A stretch of 64,000 nucleotides of DNA, from positions 115,940,001 to 116,004,000 of the forward strand of contig NC_043000.1 in assembly GCF_006345805.1 (NCBI RefSeq), in the 5' to 3' direction. The notes below the pieces were generated by a model. That model was not told where the DNA came from. It did no database searches and was given only the letters and a program-made list of their open reading frames with translations. The translations under genes were made by a program, and so were the position numbers. How positions within the stretch are numbered: the first letter of the stretch is position 1; each line of letters opens with the position of its first letter. Origin of the DNA: Octopus sinensis (Eukaryota). Positions 1 through 11,800 of this stretch are shown here, in pieces.

Positions 1-152
1 ATACAAGTGCTACTCATTTTTGTTAGCTGAGTGGACTGGACCAACGCGAAATAAAGTGTCTTGCTCAAGGACACAATACGTCGCCGGGAATTGATCTCAC
101 GACCATATGATCGTGAGCCGAATGCTCTAACCACTAAACCACGCATCTTCAC
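1..152 (-). mobile_element. tRNA-derived SINE family D, 5' part (runs off window start)
   Basis: Minus strand reads GCGTGGTTTAGTGGTTAGAGCATTCGGCTCACGATC (A box), then a degenerate B box GATCAATTCCC, then TTGTGTCCTTGAGCAAGACACTT. Homologous to 57178-57372. Confidence 0.75.
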
Positions 153-163
153 ACACACATTTT

Positions 164-370
164 TATCTACTCTAGACAGAAGGCCCGAAATTTTGGGGGA
201 CGGAGCCAATCAATTAGATCGACCCCAGTACAGAACTGGTACTTAATTTATCGACCCCGAAAGGATGAAAGCCAAAGTCGACCTCGGCGGAATTTGAACT
301 CAGAACGTAACGGAAGACCAAATACCGCTAGGCCTTTCTCCCGGCGTGCTAACATATTTGCCAGCTCACC
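164..370 (-). mobile_element. SINE family A copy
   Basis: Contains the family core (minus strand GAGTTCAAATTCCGCCGAGGTCGACTTTGGCTTTCATCCTTTCGGGGTCGATAAATTAAGTACCAG) seen in more than 10 copies in the window. Confidence 0.85.
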
Positions 371-384
371 ACACACACACACAC

Positions 385-562
385 ACACACACCACACATT
401 TATTTATATATTATACAATATATTTCACGTAAACCCGAAATTTCTACCTTTGAAAACAAGGAGTTACAACATTTTTACCTGTGTGATTTTTGACTAACCT
501 GGTGACTATTTATATATTTTTCCGAGTTAATTGTTAACAAAGGAAAAATACACACACATACA

Positions 563-647
<85 letters not shown>

Positions 648-850
648 GCACACACAGACACAGACACACACCACACGTTTATTTATATATTATACAATAT
701 ATTTTACGTAAACCCGAAATTTCTACCTTTGAAAACAAGGAGTTACAACATTTTTACCTGTGTGATTTTTGGCTAACCTGGTGACTATTTATATATTTTT
801 CCGAGTTAATTGTTAACAAAGGAAAAATACACACACGCACACACACACAC
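385..850. repeat. Tandem duplication of a ~170-bp unique segment with (CA)n spacers, period ~279 bp
   Basis: TTTATTTATATATTATACAATAT...GTTAACAAAGGAAAAATACACAC occurs near-identically at ~398-556 and ~677-836. Confidence 0.9.
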
Positions 851-1300
851 ATGTATGTATCATATAGACACGCACATGTTTTCCTTCTTTCTCCCCAAAG
901 AAGTCACTTAATTCAACCTTAAGCAGGACAGTTTATTAAACAAAGTTCTCTTACATTTATTTGAGTGATTCAATATTTTTGTTTTACATTGTTTATAAGA
1001 CTGTGCTGTATATAAGACTATGTTTGAATTCAAGACTCTTGAGATCTAATTGTCACTTTCAAATTCACTCACTGTCTGATAAATTTCTGTATTTGTAGTT
1101 TATCGAATTAGTCTACACACAACATACACCTATATATATGTGTTTGCGTGTGAGATTTTTAAAATCTTTTCGTCATCTGATTTTATATTTCTCCATCTGT
1201 TTTCTCTCCTGTAGAAGGCTCGAAACTTCAAAGACTCCTTCAGTTTTTTTTCTGAGTGTCAAACTAATACACATTGTTTGTTGTTCCCCCACCAGCCTCT

Positions 1301-1482
1301 GGAAAGAGTGAGAGAAATTGTGGCGAAAGAGTCAGCAGAAGTTCGCCATTACCTTCTGCTGGAGCCACGTGGAGCTTAGGTGTTTCGCTCATAAACACAC
1401 ACATCACCCGGTCTGAGATTCGAACCCCACGGCCCCTCGACTGCGAGTCCGCTGCTCTAACCACTAGGCCATGTGCCTCCAC
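1301..1482 (-). mobile_element. tRNA-derived SINE family C, head and body
   Basis: Minus strand GTGGAGGCACATGGCCTAGTGGTTAGAGCAGCGGACTCGCAG...GGTTCGAATCTCAGACC (A and B boxes). Homologous to 3313, 18769, 31405 and 48401 copies. Confidence 0.85.
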
Positions 1483-1829
1483 ATACTTACCGTAGTACCC
1501 CCCCAAACAAATGAGATAAGTTTAATGTGGAGTTCCTTCTCTTCTCACGAACAAATGCAACTTCAGGGGCTTCAAATGATACTAACTACGAATGGAAACT
1601 GCATTTTCGGTACCGTTTATCGGGAACGCATGTTATATCCTACGGCATATACACACATACACACACACACACACACAGATGCGCACACACGCATACGCTG
1701 TCTCTCTCTTTCTCTCCCTGCTTCTCCTTGCTTCTCTTTCTCTCTCACAATCTCTCTTTTCTCTCTCTCTCACTCCGTAATATACAACAGCGTAACAACA
1801 AATATCTAGGTTAGTTTATTTTAAGGCTC

Positions 1830-2400
1830 TATGTCTTTTTTCCTAAATACCAACCCGAATATTTCATCAAAATCTTGCATATTTCCTTCTCAAATATGTT
1901 GTTTATAGATTCAACAATTCCGTCTATCTCTCCTAATAATTTCCAGGAATCGCTTCTGCTTATCCCAAACTCCACTAAACCTTTAAACTAACATCTCTTA
2001 TCTCCATTCTTCAGATATCACATTGCTTCTAATTTACATTCTGTCTCATTATAATAGTTTCTCCTTTCCTTTCATATAAAAACCATTAAGTTTTCCGCCA
2101 TTTATCCTTGCAGGAGGGCTTCCATATTATTTCAGACTTTATATCAGCAACGAGATAATATTTCAAATATTCATTCCATGCATTGATATGAACTTTGATT
2201 GTTTTCTGTATTACAGGAAACTGCGATTTTTAACGTTGCTCCTTTATAAATACAATAAATGATATGTATGAAGCGACAAAGCTACAATTCGGTATCGAAG
2301 CAGGCATAAATATTGATTAGCGTTTGTGCTTACAACTACCTCACATCTCTGTTTTTGCTTTTAATTTTGTTTATGTTTTCAAACAATTCTGTGAGATTTG
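1830..2400 (-). pseudogene. Possible highly decayed LINE ORF2 fragment
   Basis: Minus-strand purine-rich, stop-interrupted reading (ARINGGKLNGFYMKGKEKLL...FSGVWDKQKRFLEII) loosely resembles the endonuclease-RT linker of non-LTR elements. Resemblance judged by eye only. Confidence 0.25.
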
Positions 2401-2419
2401 ATATCCTTTAAATTCTTTA

Positions 2420-2649
2420 TTAACCCTTTTGTTACAATTTTTCTTTACAAATACATCACCTTTGTTACAATTAAATTTTAAAATAATGTAGAATTTAGTG
2501 AAATAACTTTGTCACTATTAATCTGGAGTTTGGAACACAAATTAAAATGAAATATAGATGAAAAGATTTAATTTAGATCACTTAATAATTGTAAGTTTGT
2601 ATCATAGATGCAGGGTTGTTCCTGGACAAGTTGGTATGAAAATGGTTGA
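2420..2649. mobile_element. Possible piggyBac-type MITE, decayed
   Basis: Starts TTAA-CCCTTTT and ends GAAAATGG-TTGA, a degenerate match to the TTAA/CCC...GGG/TTAA architecture. Confidence 0.35.
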
Positions 2650-3104
2650 GGCGACGTGCGGGCTGAATTTTAACAGCGTTTATTCCTCCATCTCTTTATG
2701 TTTTGAGTTCAAATCCCGACAAGGTTAGCTTTGCTTTTCATCCCTTTCGGTTTCGGTAAGTACAAGGTTCGATGTAATCGTCTTGTACCTTTCTCTCAAA
2801 AATCGCCGGCGCTAAATCTGGCAATGAACGGAGACCCGTTCATGGGGAACTTTGTGATCTCCATTAACGGCATGTCAAAAGAGATCGATAAAATAAATAC
2901 CAGACTTTAAAAAAACCATAAGCATTGGGGTCACATTGTTCGGATAAGGCTGTGCCTCATCACGGCTGCAATCCAATGACCAAAACAAGAGGAAAATAAC
3001 GATAAAATAAGATTAATTTTGTCCCTTCCCAGACGGTCTATGACTTAGAGGCGAACAAGGAAAGTTAAACATTGATGTGATTGCTAAATAATCCTGTTAG
3101 ATGA

Positions 3105-3300
3105 AGTGCAGGCGTGGCCTTGTGGTAAGATATTTGCTTCCTAACCACATAGTCCCGGGCTCAGTCCTAATGCGCGGCTCTTTGTTAACGTTCTACTATA
3201 GGTCCGGACCGACCAAAGCCTTGTAAGTGGATTTGGTTGACGAAAAATGAAAGAAGTCCATTGTGTGTGTGTGTGTGTGTATACTTATATGTATATGTGT
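3105..3300 (+). mobile_element. SINE family B, 5' half
   Basis: GTGCAGGCGTGGCCTTGTGGTAAG...CCGACCAAAGCCTTGTAAGTGGATTTGG followed by (TG)n. Homologous to the full copy at 42375. Confidence 0.75.
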
Positions 3301-3312
3301 ATATATGTACAT

Positions 3313-3482
3313 AAATTGTGTTGAAAGAGTACAGCAGGGTATGCCACCACCCTGTGCCGGAGCCACGTGGAGCTTTAGGTGTTTTCGCTCAAGAAACACT
3401 CACAAAGCCAGGTCTGGGTATCGAACCGTGATCTCACGACCGCAAGTCCGGTGTCCTAACCACTGGGCCATTGCGCCTCCAC
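3313..3482 (-). mobile_element. SINE family C, head and body
   Basis: Minus strand GTGGAGGCGCAATGGCCCAGTGGTTAGG...GGTTCGATACCCAGACC. Confidence 0.85.
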
Positions 3483-3509
3483 ATATCTCAGTCTGTCTGT
3501 CTCTCTGTC

Positions 3510-3557
<48 letters not shown>

Positions 3558-3562
3558 CACAC

Positions 3563-3605
<43 letters not shown>

Positions 3606-4949
3606 CCCTGTATTTCTGTGCTTTTGTTTGTACAGCGACATCGCTTGACCTCTAGTGTTGGTTTGGTTTCTTTATGTCTCAAAAGATACCAATACAATAA
3701 TTCACAATCTTTACAACAATTCAGGACTGTGGTTAGTGTGTTAGACTAAGACCCTCGAAGGTGCTGCTCCAGAATGGCCGTAGTCCGTTGGCTGAAACAA
3801 GTAAAAGATAAACGGCAAAAGATTCCGAAAGAAAGTCATTTTTTTCAAATGGTGAATGACATCGCGTAATAGTCTTCTATCAAATTGCTATCAATTAAGC
3901 CATTTATAGATCATAAATATATGTTCACTTCAATATTTGGATAAAAAACAAAACAATATGTAAATGATTTCTTCAGCTGATTCTATAGCACAAAGTTGCA
4001 ATTAGTACTTTTATATTGGTTCGGGATACGTAAAACACGAAACAACGCTTGAAGCGTTTCAGGAATTCTAAAAAGTGCCAGTTAGTTAGCTTCGCATTCA
4101 TGATATTGTGTTACGCCATTTTTTTTAAATGACTTCCTTCAAAGAGAAAAATATCTTCCTTCGTATTTTATTTTCTAATCTTTAGCTCTTCATTTTTATT
4201 CTGTCTTCATTTCAGCGTCTGATTAGGAACAATTAAAACTCCAGTCGTATGCCTTACTGATCGAAAAAACAAACCAATTTCCTAATTCAGATTGTGTAAA
4301 TGGTTCATTACCAAAACTTATATATATAAAAAACAGAAGCTTGTGTCAGGAATAAATGGAGCTAGAAGTATTTTCGTAGCTGCTGAGACGGTTTTTAGAG
4401 GTTCGCTTGTATCTAGGTTATGGATTTGATCATACTTAAAACAGAATATCTTTCACTCAGTTCTTCTTACAAAGAACCGATTAATTAAATGCTGTTGAAC
4501 AAGAAGTGTGAACACCAACGTGACACAAAGAATATATTGATTAGAAGGAATGTTTTAAAGTGCAATATTTAGTAGTAATAGTAGTAGTAGTTGTTGTTGT
4601 AGTGTGGAAAAGGACAACAGAAAAAGCATACGGGATAAAGAAATACAAAGACCTCGGCAGGATGAGCGATCAAGAAATAAACACGTCCTCGCACTGCTTG
4701 AACTGACCGCACGTGCTTCCTGCCCATGCATGCCCCGTGGCTGTCCCACAGGCCCCTGCAGTCTTCACTTCTGTCCACCTCATCTGCAATCCTTTCCACC
4801 AACACCACATAGCTCATCACAGCCCATAACGCCACTAACACCACAGTAGTTGTAGATATTTGCGCAGCATGTGATCATTAACTTCAGAATATATTTAATA
4901 TATTTTACATTCATCCCTTTGTAGGTACTTATGAAAAAGTCTTTGACTC

Positions 4950-5190
4950 TTAGAACCACTGGCTTACGTGGACGTAAACACACTGACCACAAGTTCTCAA
5001 GCGGTGGAAAGAGACGAAAACACACGAATACACACACATAAACAAACATATACGACAAACTTCTTTCAGTTTCCGGGCACCAAATCTGGTCACAGGATTT
5101 CGGTCGGCCCGAGGCTATACTAGAAGACACCTGTCGAATCATGTGATTTCGAAACAGGATCCTTACCACATAACCGCGCCTGTGGCCATA
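4950..5190 (-). mobile_element. SINE family B, diverged copy
   Basis: GACGTAAACACAC, CTTCTTTCAGTTTCC and GGCCCGAGGCTATACTAGAAGACAC match the reverse complement of family B. Confidence 0.7.
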
Positions 5191-5205
5191 TATACATACA
5201 TACAT

Positions 5206-5284
<79 letters not shown>

Positions 5285-5420
5285 GGGAGAATTCACAAAA
5301 AAGCAAAAGACGAAGACAAGTGGTGTAGACAACAAACAGATCTATTAGTATAACGCTCAGGAATTGAAAATGTCTTTTACGTTTCGAGCCTACGCTCTTC
5401 CACCGAAAGAAACAAAGAGA
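5285..5420 (-). mobile_element. Penelope-type terminal remnant with degenerate minimal hammerhead
   Basis: Minus strand CTTT-CGGTGGA-A-GAG-CGTAGG-CTC-GAAAC-GTA-AAAG. Stem II and GAAACGTA are intact, the CUGANGA core is mutated. Homologous copy at 55200-55345. Confidence 0.5.
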
Positions 5421-5747
5421 GAAAAAATGTGTGTAGTGGCTACCGATCTATCATGGCGACTGCCGGACAGAAGGGTCACACAGGAGAGCGAAGAAGTAGG
5501 GGAGATGACAAAGTAAAGGTGATCCCAAAACGAAGGTGCACGTGTGTGTAAGAGAGTAGGAAGTGCTTCAGTGCACGCAGCCACACGTGGTGAGGGATCA
5601 CGGTGTAAAGGCTCTGGATGACGAGAGTGAAGAGAACATCCAGAGTAGGAAGAAACGACAACAGGAAAAAACAGAAAGTACAGGAAAGTTTAGAAAGTAT
5701 AAAAATAATAGTAATAGTTTTACATAGAGTTCAAAGATATATATATA

Positions 5748-5930
5748 TTACTTGTTTCGGTCATTTGACTGCGGCCATGCTGGAGCGCCGTCTTTAGTCG
5801 AACAAATCGACCCCAGGACTTATTTGTAAGCCTAGTACTTATTCTATCGACCTCTTTTGCCGAACCGCTAGCTTACAGGGACGTAAACACACCAACATTC
5901 GCTGTCAAGCGATGGTGGGGACAAACACAG

Positions 5931-5981
<51 letters not shown>

Positions 5982-6030
5982 CGACGGGTTTCTTACAGTT
6001 TCCGTCTACCAGATCCACTCACAAGGCATT
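5748..6030 (-). mobile_element. SINE family B with internal (TA)n/(CA)n
   Basis: TCATTTGACTGCGGCCATGCTGGAGC...GCCGAACCGCTA...GACGTAAACACACC...CAGTTTCCGTCTACCAGATCCACTCACAAGGC. Confidence 0.85.
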
Positions 6031-6089
6031 TTCTCTAATTTTCAGTCCAGGGATTGCGGCCATTCTGGGGCACCGCCGTGAACTTTGCT

Positions 6090-6958
6090 ACACTTTGAGT
6101 AAACCTCTTTTTTAGGCGTGGGTCTTGATTTAGCTGTGGAATGTTGTTGTATATAATAGTGTAAGCTTCTGCATTCCTTGGGTTGTGTGTTGAGAGATAG
6201 GGGAGGCTATTTACTGTACTGTGGATGTGTTTAGGTTTTCGTAAGTCTTGAGTGTTAATTGATCTGGCCCGTTCTATTCCGTTGTCTACTAGTGATGCCG
6301 GGTAATGTCTTTCGAGAAGAATTGCCCTTAGTTCCCGGAGTCTTCTATTTCGTGTTGTGTCATTTGAGACAATAGTGCAGATTCTTCTCGCTAGGTTGAA
6401 GGGGATATTTGTCTTTGTGTGTTTTGGGTGATTGGAGGTGAATAGAAGGTATTGTTTAGAGTCAGTGGGTTTGTAATGGATGTCAGTTTCAATGTTGACG
6501 CCTTTTTTAATGATTAGAATGTCAACAAAAGGGAGTTGGTCCTGACTATATTCCATTGTGAATTGAATGTGGTTTTTTACACTGTTGATAAGGTTTTTGA
6601 AGTCAATAAGTTGGTCGACCATAGGATGAGGCAATCATCTAAGTAGCGTTTCCAGTTCTCCAACAGGTATTTGTGGAAAGACTGGCCGTACTTATATTTG
6701 GAGTTTTCATAGATATGTGATTCCAGGTAGGCCATCACCAGGTTTGCATAGGTAGGTGCAACCTTCGTACCCATTGCAGTTCCTGAAACCTGTCTGTAAG
6801 TGTTATTATTGAAATTCATGAAGTTGTTTTGCAGAATAAATTTGAGGCCCTCAATGATGAATTCTTTTTTATTCTTTCCGGGATCTCATTGGGATATTTA
6901 TCCAGCCAGAATTTAATGGCTTCCAGTCCATATTCATGTGGGATTGTGTGTTGTATAT
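6090..6958 (-). pseudogene. Penelope-like element reverse transcriptase fragment (RT core to thumb), frameshifted and truncated at both ends
   Basis: Minus-strand translation: TIPHEYGLEAIKFWLDKYP...QNNFMNFNNNTYRQVSGTAMGTKVAPTYANLVM...WKRYLDD...FTMEYSQDQLPFVDILI...HYKPTDSKQYLLFTSNHPKH. GTAMG, YLDD and YKPT...HP are characteristic PLE RT motifs. Frameshift near 6630. Confidence 0.93.
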
Positions 6959-8215
6959 ACATGTATACATGTATATACATTATATGTATATATATGTATG
7001 CATTGTGTATGTGTATGTTATATGTATATATGTTATATGTATGTGTATATGTATATTGTGTGTATATGTGGTATATTTATGTATGTGTATGTAAACATTA
7101 TATATATGTATATATGTATATGCATTGTCTATATATATATATTATATGTATGTATTGTGTATGTATGTTATATGTATATATTGTGTATGTGTATTATATA
7201 TATGTGTGTATGTGTATTGTATGTATATATGCGTTAGGTGTATATGTGTTGTATATATATATTATGTATGTATGTGTGCGTGTGTTGTGTGTTATGTGTG
7301 TGTGTGTTATATATGTGTATATTATATATATATATATATGTTATATTTGTGTGTTGTGTGTGTGTATTATATGTGTGTGCGTTGTGTGTGTGTGTGTATT
7401 TTGTATATATGTGTGTTGTGTGTGTGTATATTGTGTGAGTGTATATTATGTGTGTATGTGTGTGTGTATGTGGTGTTTGTGTGTGTGTGTGATGTGTGTG
7501 TGTGTGTGGTATGTATATGTATGATGTGTATATGTGTGTATGTATATATATGTATATGTAGTGTGTGTGTATGGCCCGCACACACGCGTAGACGCGTGTG
7601 TGCATGTATACACGCACACAGGGACGCGTGCACCCACGCCGTGTGCACGCACACACACGGGCACATACTCAGTACCAACACACGCAGGGCACGTGTGCAC
7701 GCATGCCGCACAGATACACCTAACAGACATGGACACGCATGCGAACAGACACATGCACACTAGCGCACGCGCAGCACATCAATGGACATTAACCACACAC
7801 ATACGCGCACACACGCGCACACGGGCGGGCACACATATACACACACCATCCTACTCCAAAAAATTCTTTAAACAACACACATCTATTTACACCACCCTGG
7901 AACCAATCAAAAACAGCCCCCCCACACACACAGACACATGTATGCATGTATATGCACACACACAGGGACACACACACTCACACCAATCTCACCTCCATAC
8001 AGACACACATATACACACGCAGCACCATGTCAAATGCCATCCACACACATACATGCATACACACACACAACACCATGACAACCACACACGCGGCTGACAA
8101 ACAGACACCATCCTACCAAATCTTACAGACACACAGACACATCTATTCACACCACATATGTATGTATGCACACACACATACACACAAAGACACACACACA
8201 CTCACCTCATCCTGA
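6950..8215. repeat. Degenerate (TG/TA)n tract followed by a (CA)n-rich low-complexity tract
   Basis: Direct inspection. Explains the long C/V/Y/M and H/T-rich ORFs in the track. Confidence 0.9.
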
Positions 8216-8364
8216 CCCAAAAATCATTGATGCTTGAAGGAGAGCCAAAAAAACAAGAAAAGAAAAAAAGGGTATATTCTTTTCAATTCCACATTTCTCC
8301 TAAATCGGACAGGTTAGTTTTGACTTCACCACTATAATAATGTAATTCTTTTTGAACTCATAAT

Positions 8365-8745
8365 ATTCTGTATGTGTATACTGAACTTTTTTTAATATTT
8401 CCTCCTGGAAATTACCCTGAGATGTATAATATATTTGTTTTAATCTTTGCTGCCCATTATTTCAATGAGCTTGTTAAACTTTTTTATATTCTCAACATAC
8501 TGTTGTCACCAAAGACTGTACATGTATATGGATTATAGTACTCTGTGTCAACCAATATTCTGTGCATGTTTGAATATACAGATACAGTACCAATATCAAT
8601 TCCTTCTGGAAACTATCTTAAGTATGTCCTTGAGAACGATTATTTATGTAATCTTTTGTGCCCAATATTTTAAGGAACTTCTTGAACTTTTTTATGTCCT
8701 TAACATGTCCCTGTTACCAAAGACTGTATATATATATATGTAATG
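8365..8745. repeat. Old diverged tandem duplication, period ~209 bp
   Basis: TTCCTCCTGGAAATTACC...CCCATTATTT...AACTTTTTTAT...ACCAAAGACTGTA aligns to TTCCTTCTGGAAACTATC...CCCAATATTT...AACTTTTTTAT...ACCAAAGACTGTA. Confidence 0.7.
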
Positions 8746-8877
8746 TAGCAATTTGCAACAACCAATAATTAACGCAACCAAACTTCCACATGTTACTTTT
8801 GACAATCTTTTTCCAAAGAGTGAAACCGGTAAAGTAAATAAACATCTTTTAAATTGCATTTTCAAACCTTCTTTCGT

Positions 8878-11800
8878 TAAGCCCTTTTATATAATGTAAT
8901 AATTTGAATTCGCCTTGAATGGTCCCTTTGCATACTGAACACTTGGTGAAATTGATTAATAATTAATTAATTTTGCCCTCAATTGTTGAAATTATAATTA
9001 ATCTCCCTCTGATTAATGCTTCGGACTTTACCGAAATAAGCATAGAGTTTGATGATTTTAACCCACGCTGGTGGAAAGGGGAGAACAGAGATTCTTCGCT
9101 TGCTTATTTTGAATTTGTTGACACTGTTAGTTGGGAGCAGATCTTCGAGAAGGTATGTTCTTATTTTCAGTGTTTCCAAATCCAAACCAAGGAATTTCCG
9201 AGCCGATGATAGAAATGTTGTTTTGACTAATCTTGAAACGTACGTTCTCGAATAACCTTAGCATTTGATTTTTCGATGTCATTACCCCCAAACTTTTGTG
9301 AGTTAAATTATGCAAACACTATATATGAGAGAGATTTTCTTTAAGTATTAGAAATAGCCTTAAAAAAGTTTTTTAGCTGCTATTTCTAGTGAGTTCAGTA
9401 TGCGGCAAAGTAATTTATTTTACTAAGCCCTTTTATATAATGTAATAATTTGAATTCGCCTTGAATGGTCCCTTTGCATACTGAACACTTGGTGAAATTG
9501 ATTAATAATTAATTAATTTTGCCCTCAATTGTTGAAATTATAATTAATCTCCCTCTGATTAATGCTTCGGACTTTACCGAAATAAGCATAGAGTTTGATG
9601 ATTTTAACCCACGCTGGTGGAAAGGGGAGAACAGAGATTCTTCGCTTGCTTATTTTGAATTTGTTGACACTGTTAGTTGGGAGCAGATCTTCGAGAAGGT
9701 ATGTTCTTATTTTCAGTGTTTCCAAATCCAAACCAAGGAATTTCCGAGCCGATGATAGAAATGTTGTTTTGACTAATCTTGAAACGTACGTTCTCGAATA
9801 ACCTTAGCATTTGATTTTTCGATGTCATTACCCCCAAACTTTTGTGAGTTAAATTATGCAAACACTATATATGAGAGAGATTTTCTTTAAGTATTAGAAA
9901 TAGCCTTAAAAAAGTTTTTTAGCTGCTATTTCTAGTGAGTTCAGTATGCGGCAAAGTAATTTATTTTACTAAGCCCTTTATATAATGTAATAATTTGAAT
10001 TCGCCTTGAATGGTCCCTTTGCATACTGAACACTTGGTGAAATTGATTAATAATTAATTAATTTTGCCCTCAATTGTTGAAATTATAATTAATCTCCCTC
10101 TGATTAATGCTTCGGACTTTACCGAAATAAGCATAGAGTTTGATGATTTTAACCCACGCTGGTGGAAAGGGGAGAACAGAGATTCTTCGCTTGCTTATTT
10201 TGAATTTGTTGACACTGTTAGTTGGGAGCAGATCTTCGAGAAGGTATGTTCTTATTTTCAGTGTTTCCAAATCCAAACCAAGGAATTTCCGAGCCGATGA
10301 TAGAAATGTTGTTTTGACTAATCTTGAAACGTACGTTCTCGAATAACCTTAGCATTTGATTTTTCGATGTCATTACCCCCAAACTTTTGTGAGTTAAATT
10401 ATGCAAACACTATATATGAGAGAGATTTTCTTTAAGTATTAGAAATAGCCTTAAAAAAGTTTTTTAGCTGCTATTTCTAGTGAGTTCAGTATGCGGCAAA
10501 GTAATTTATTTTACTAAGCCCTTTTATATAATGTAATAATTTGAATTCGCCTTGAATGGTCCCTTTGCATACTGAACACTTGGTGAAATTGATTAATAAT
10601 TAATTAATTTTGCCCTCAATTGTTGAAATTATAATTAATCTCCCTCTGATTAATGCTTCGGACTTTACCGAAATAAGCATAGAGTTTGATGATTTTAACC
10701 CACGATGGTGGAAAGGGGAGAACAGAGATTCTTCGCTTGCTTATTTTGAATTTGTTGACACTGTTAGTTGGGAGCAGATCTTCGAGAAGGTATGTTCTTA
10801 TTTTCAGTGTTTCCAAATCCAAACCAAGGAATTTCCGAGCCGATGATAGAAATGTTGTTTTGACTAATCTTGAAACGTACGTTCTCGAATAACCTTAGCA
10901 TTTGATTTTTCGATGTCATTACCCCCAAACTTTTGTGAGTTAAATTATGCAAACACTATATATGAGAGAGATTTTCTTTAAGTATTAGAAATAGCCTTAA
11001 AAAAGTTTTTTAGCTGCTATTTCTAGTGAGTTCAGTATGCGGCAAAGTAATTTATTTTACTAAGCCCTTTTATATAATGTAATAATTTGAATTCGCCTTG
11101 AATGGTCCCTTTGCATACTGAACACTTGGTGAAATTGATTAATAATTAATTAATTTTGCCCTCAATTGTTGAAATTATAATTAATCTCCCTCTGATTAAT
11201 GCTTCGGACTTTACCGAAATAAGCATAGAGTTTGATGATTTTAACCCACGCTGGTGGAAAGGGGAGAACAGAGATTCTTCGCTTGCTTATTTTGAATTTG
11301 TTGACACTGTTAGTTGGGAGCAGATCTTCGAGAAGGTATGTTCTTATTTTCAGTGTTTCCAAATCCAAACCAAGGAATTTCCGAGCCGATGATAGAAATG
11401 TTGTTTTGACTAATCTTGAAACGTACGTTCTCGAATAACCTTAGCATTTGATTTTTCGATGTCATTACCCCCAAACTTTTGTGAGTTAAATTATGCAAAC
11501 ACTATATATGAGAGAGATTTTCTTTAAGTATTAGAAATAGCCTTAAAAAAGTTTTTTAGCTGCTATTTCTAGTGAGTTCAGTATGCGGCAAAGTAATTTA
11601 TTTTACTAAGCCCTTTTATATAATGTAATAATTTGAATTCGCCTTGAATGGTCCCTTTGCATACTGAACACTTGGTGAAATTGATTAATAATTAATTAAT
11701 TTTGCCCTCAATTGTTGAAATTATAATTAATCTCCCTCTGATTAATGCTTCGGACTTTACCGAAATAAGCATAGAGTTTGATGATTTTAACCCACGCTGG

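Noticed and set aside
6829-8215. Long Cys/Tyr/Val/His-rich ORFs (up to 231 aa)
   Set aside because: Translations of TG/TA/CA microsatellite. The same applies to the ORFs at 20815-21366, 22161-23333, 29731-30243 and 43188-43837.
8973-9209. 78-aa ORF repeated in each 546-bp unit as a tandem gene or exon array; contains AAG/GTATGT donor-like and TTTTCAG acceptor-like sites
   Set aside because: TTG start, in-frame stop just upstream, no recognisable domain. Donor and acceptor are only about 19 nt apart, and the alternative long exon has stops in all frames.
9200-9250. CCGATGA...GAAACGTA in the 546-bp unit as a hammerhead
   Set aside because: Core is not CUGANGA, and neither stem I nor a stem II adjacent to GAAA can be formed.
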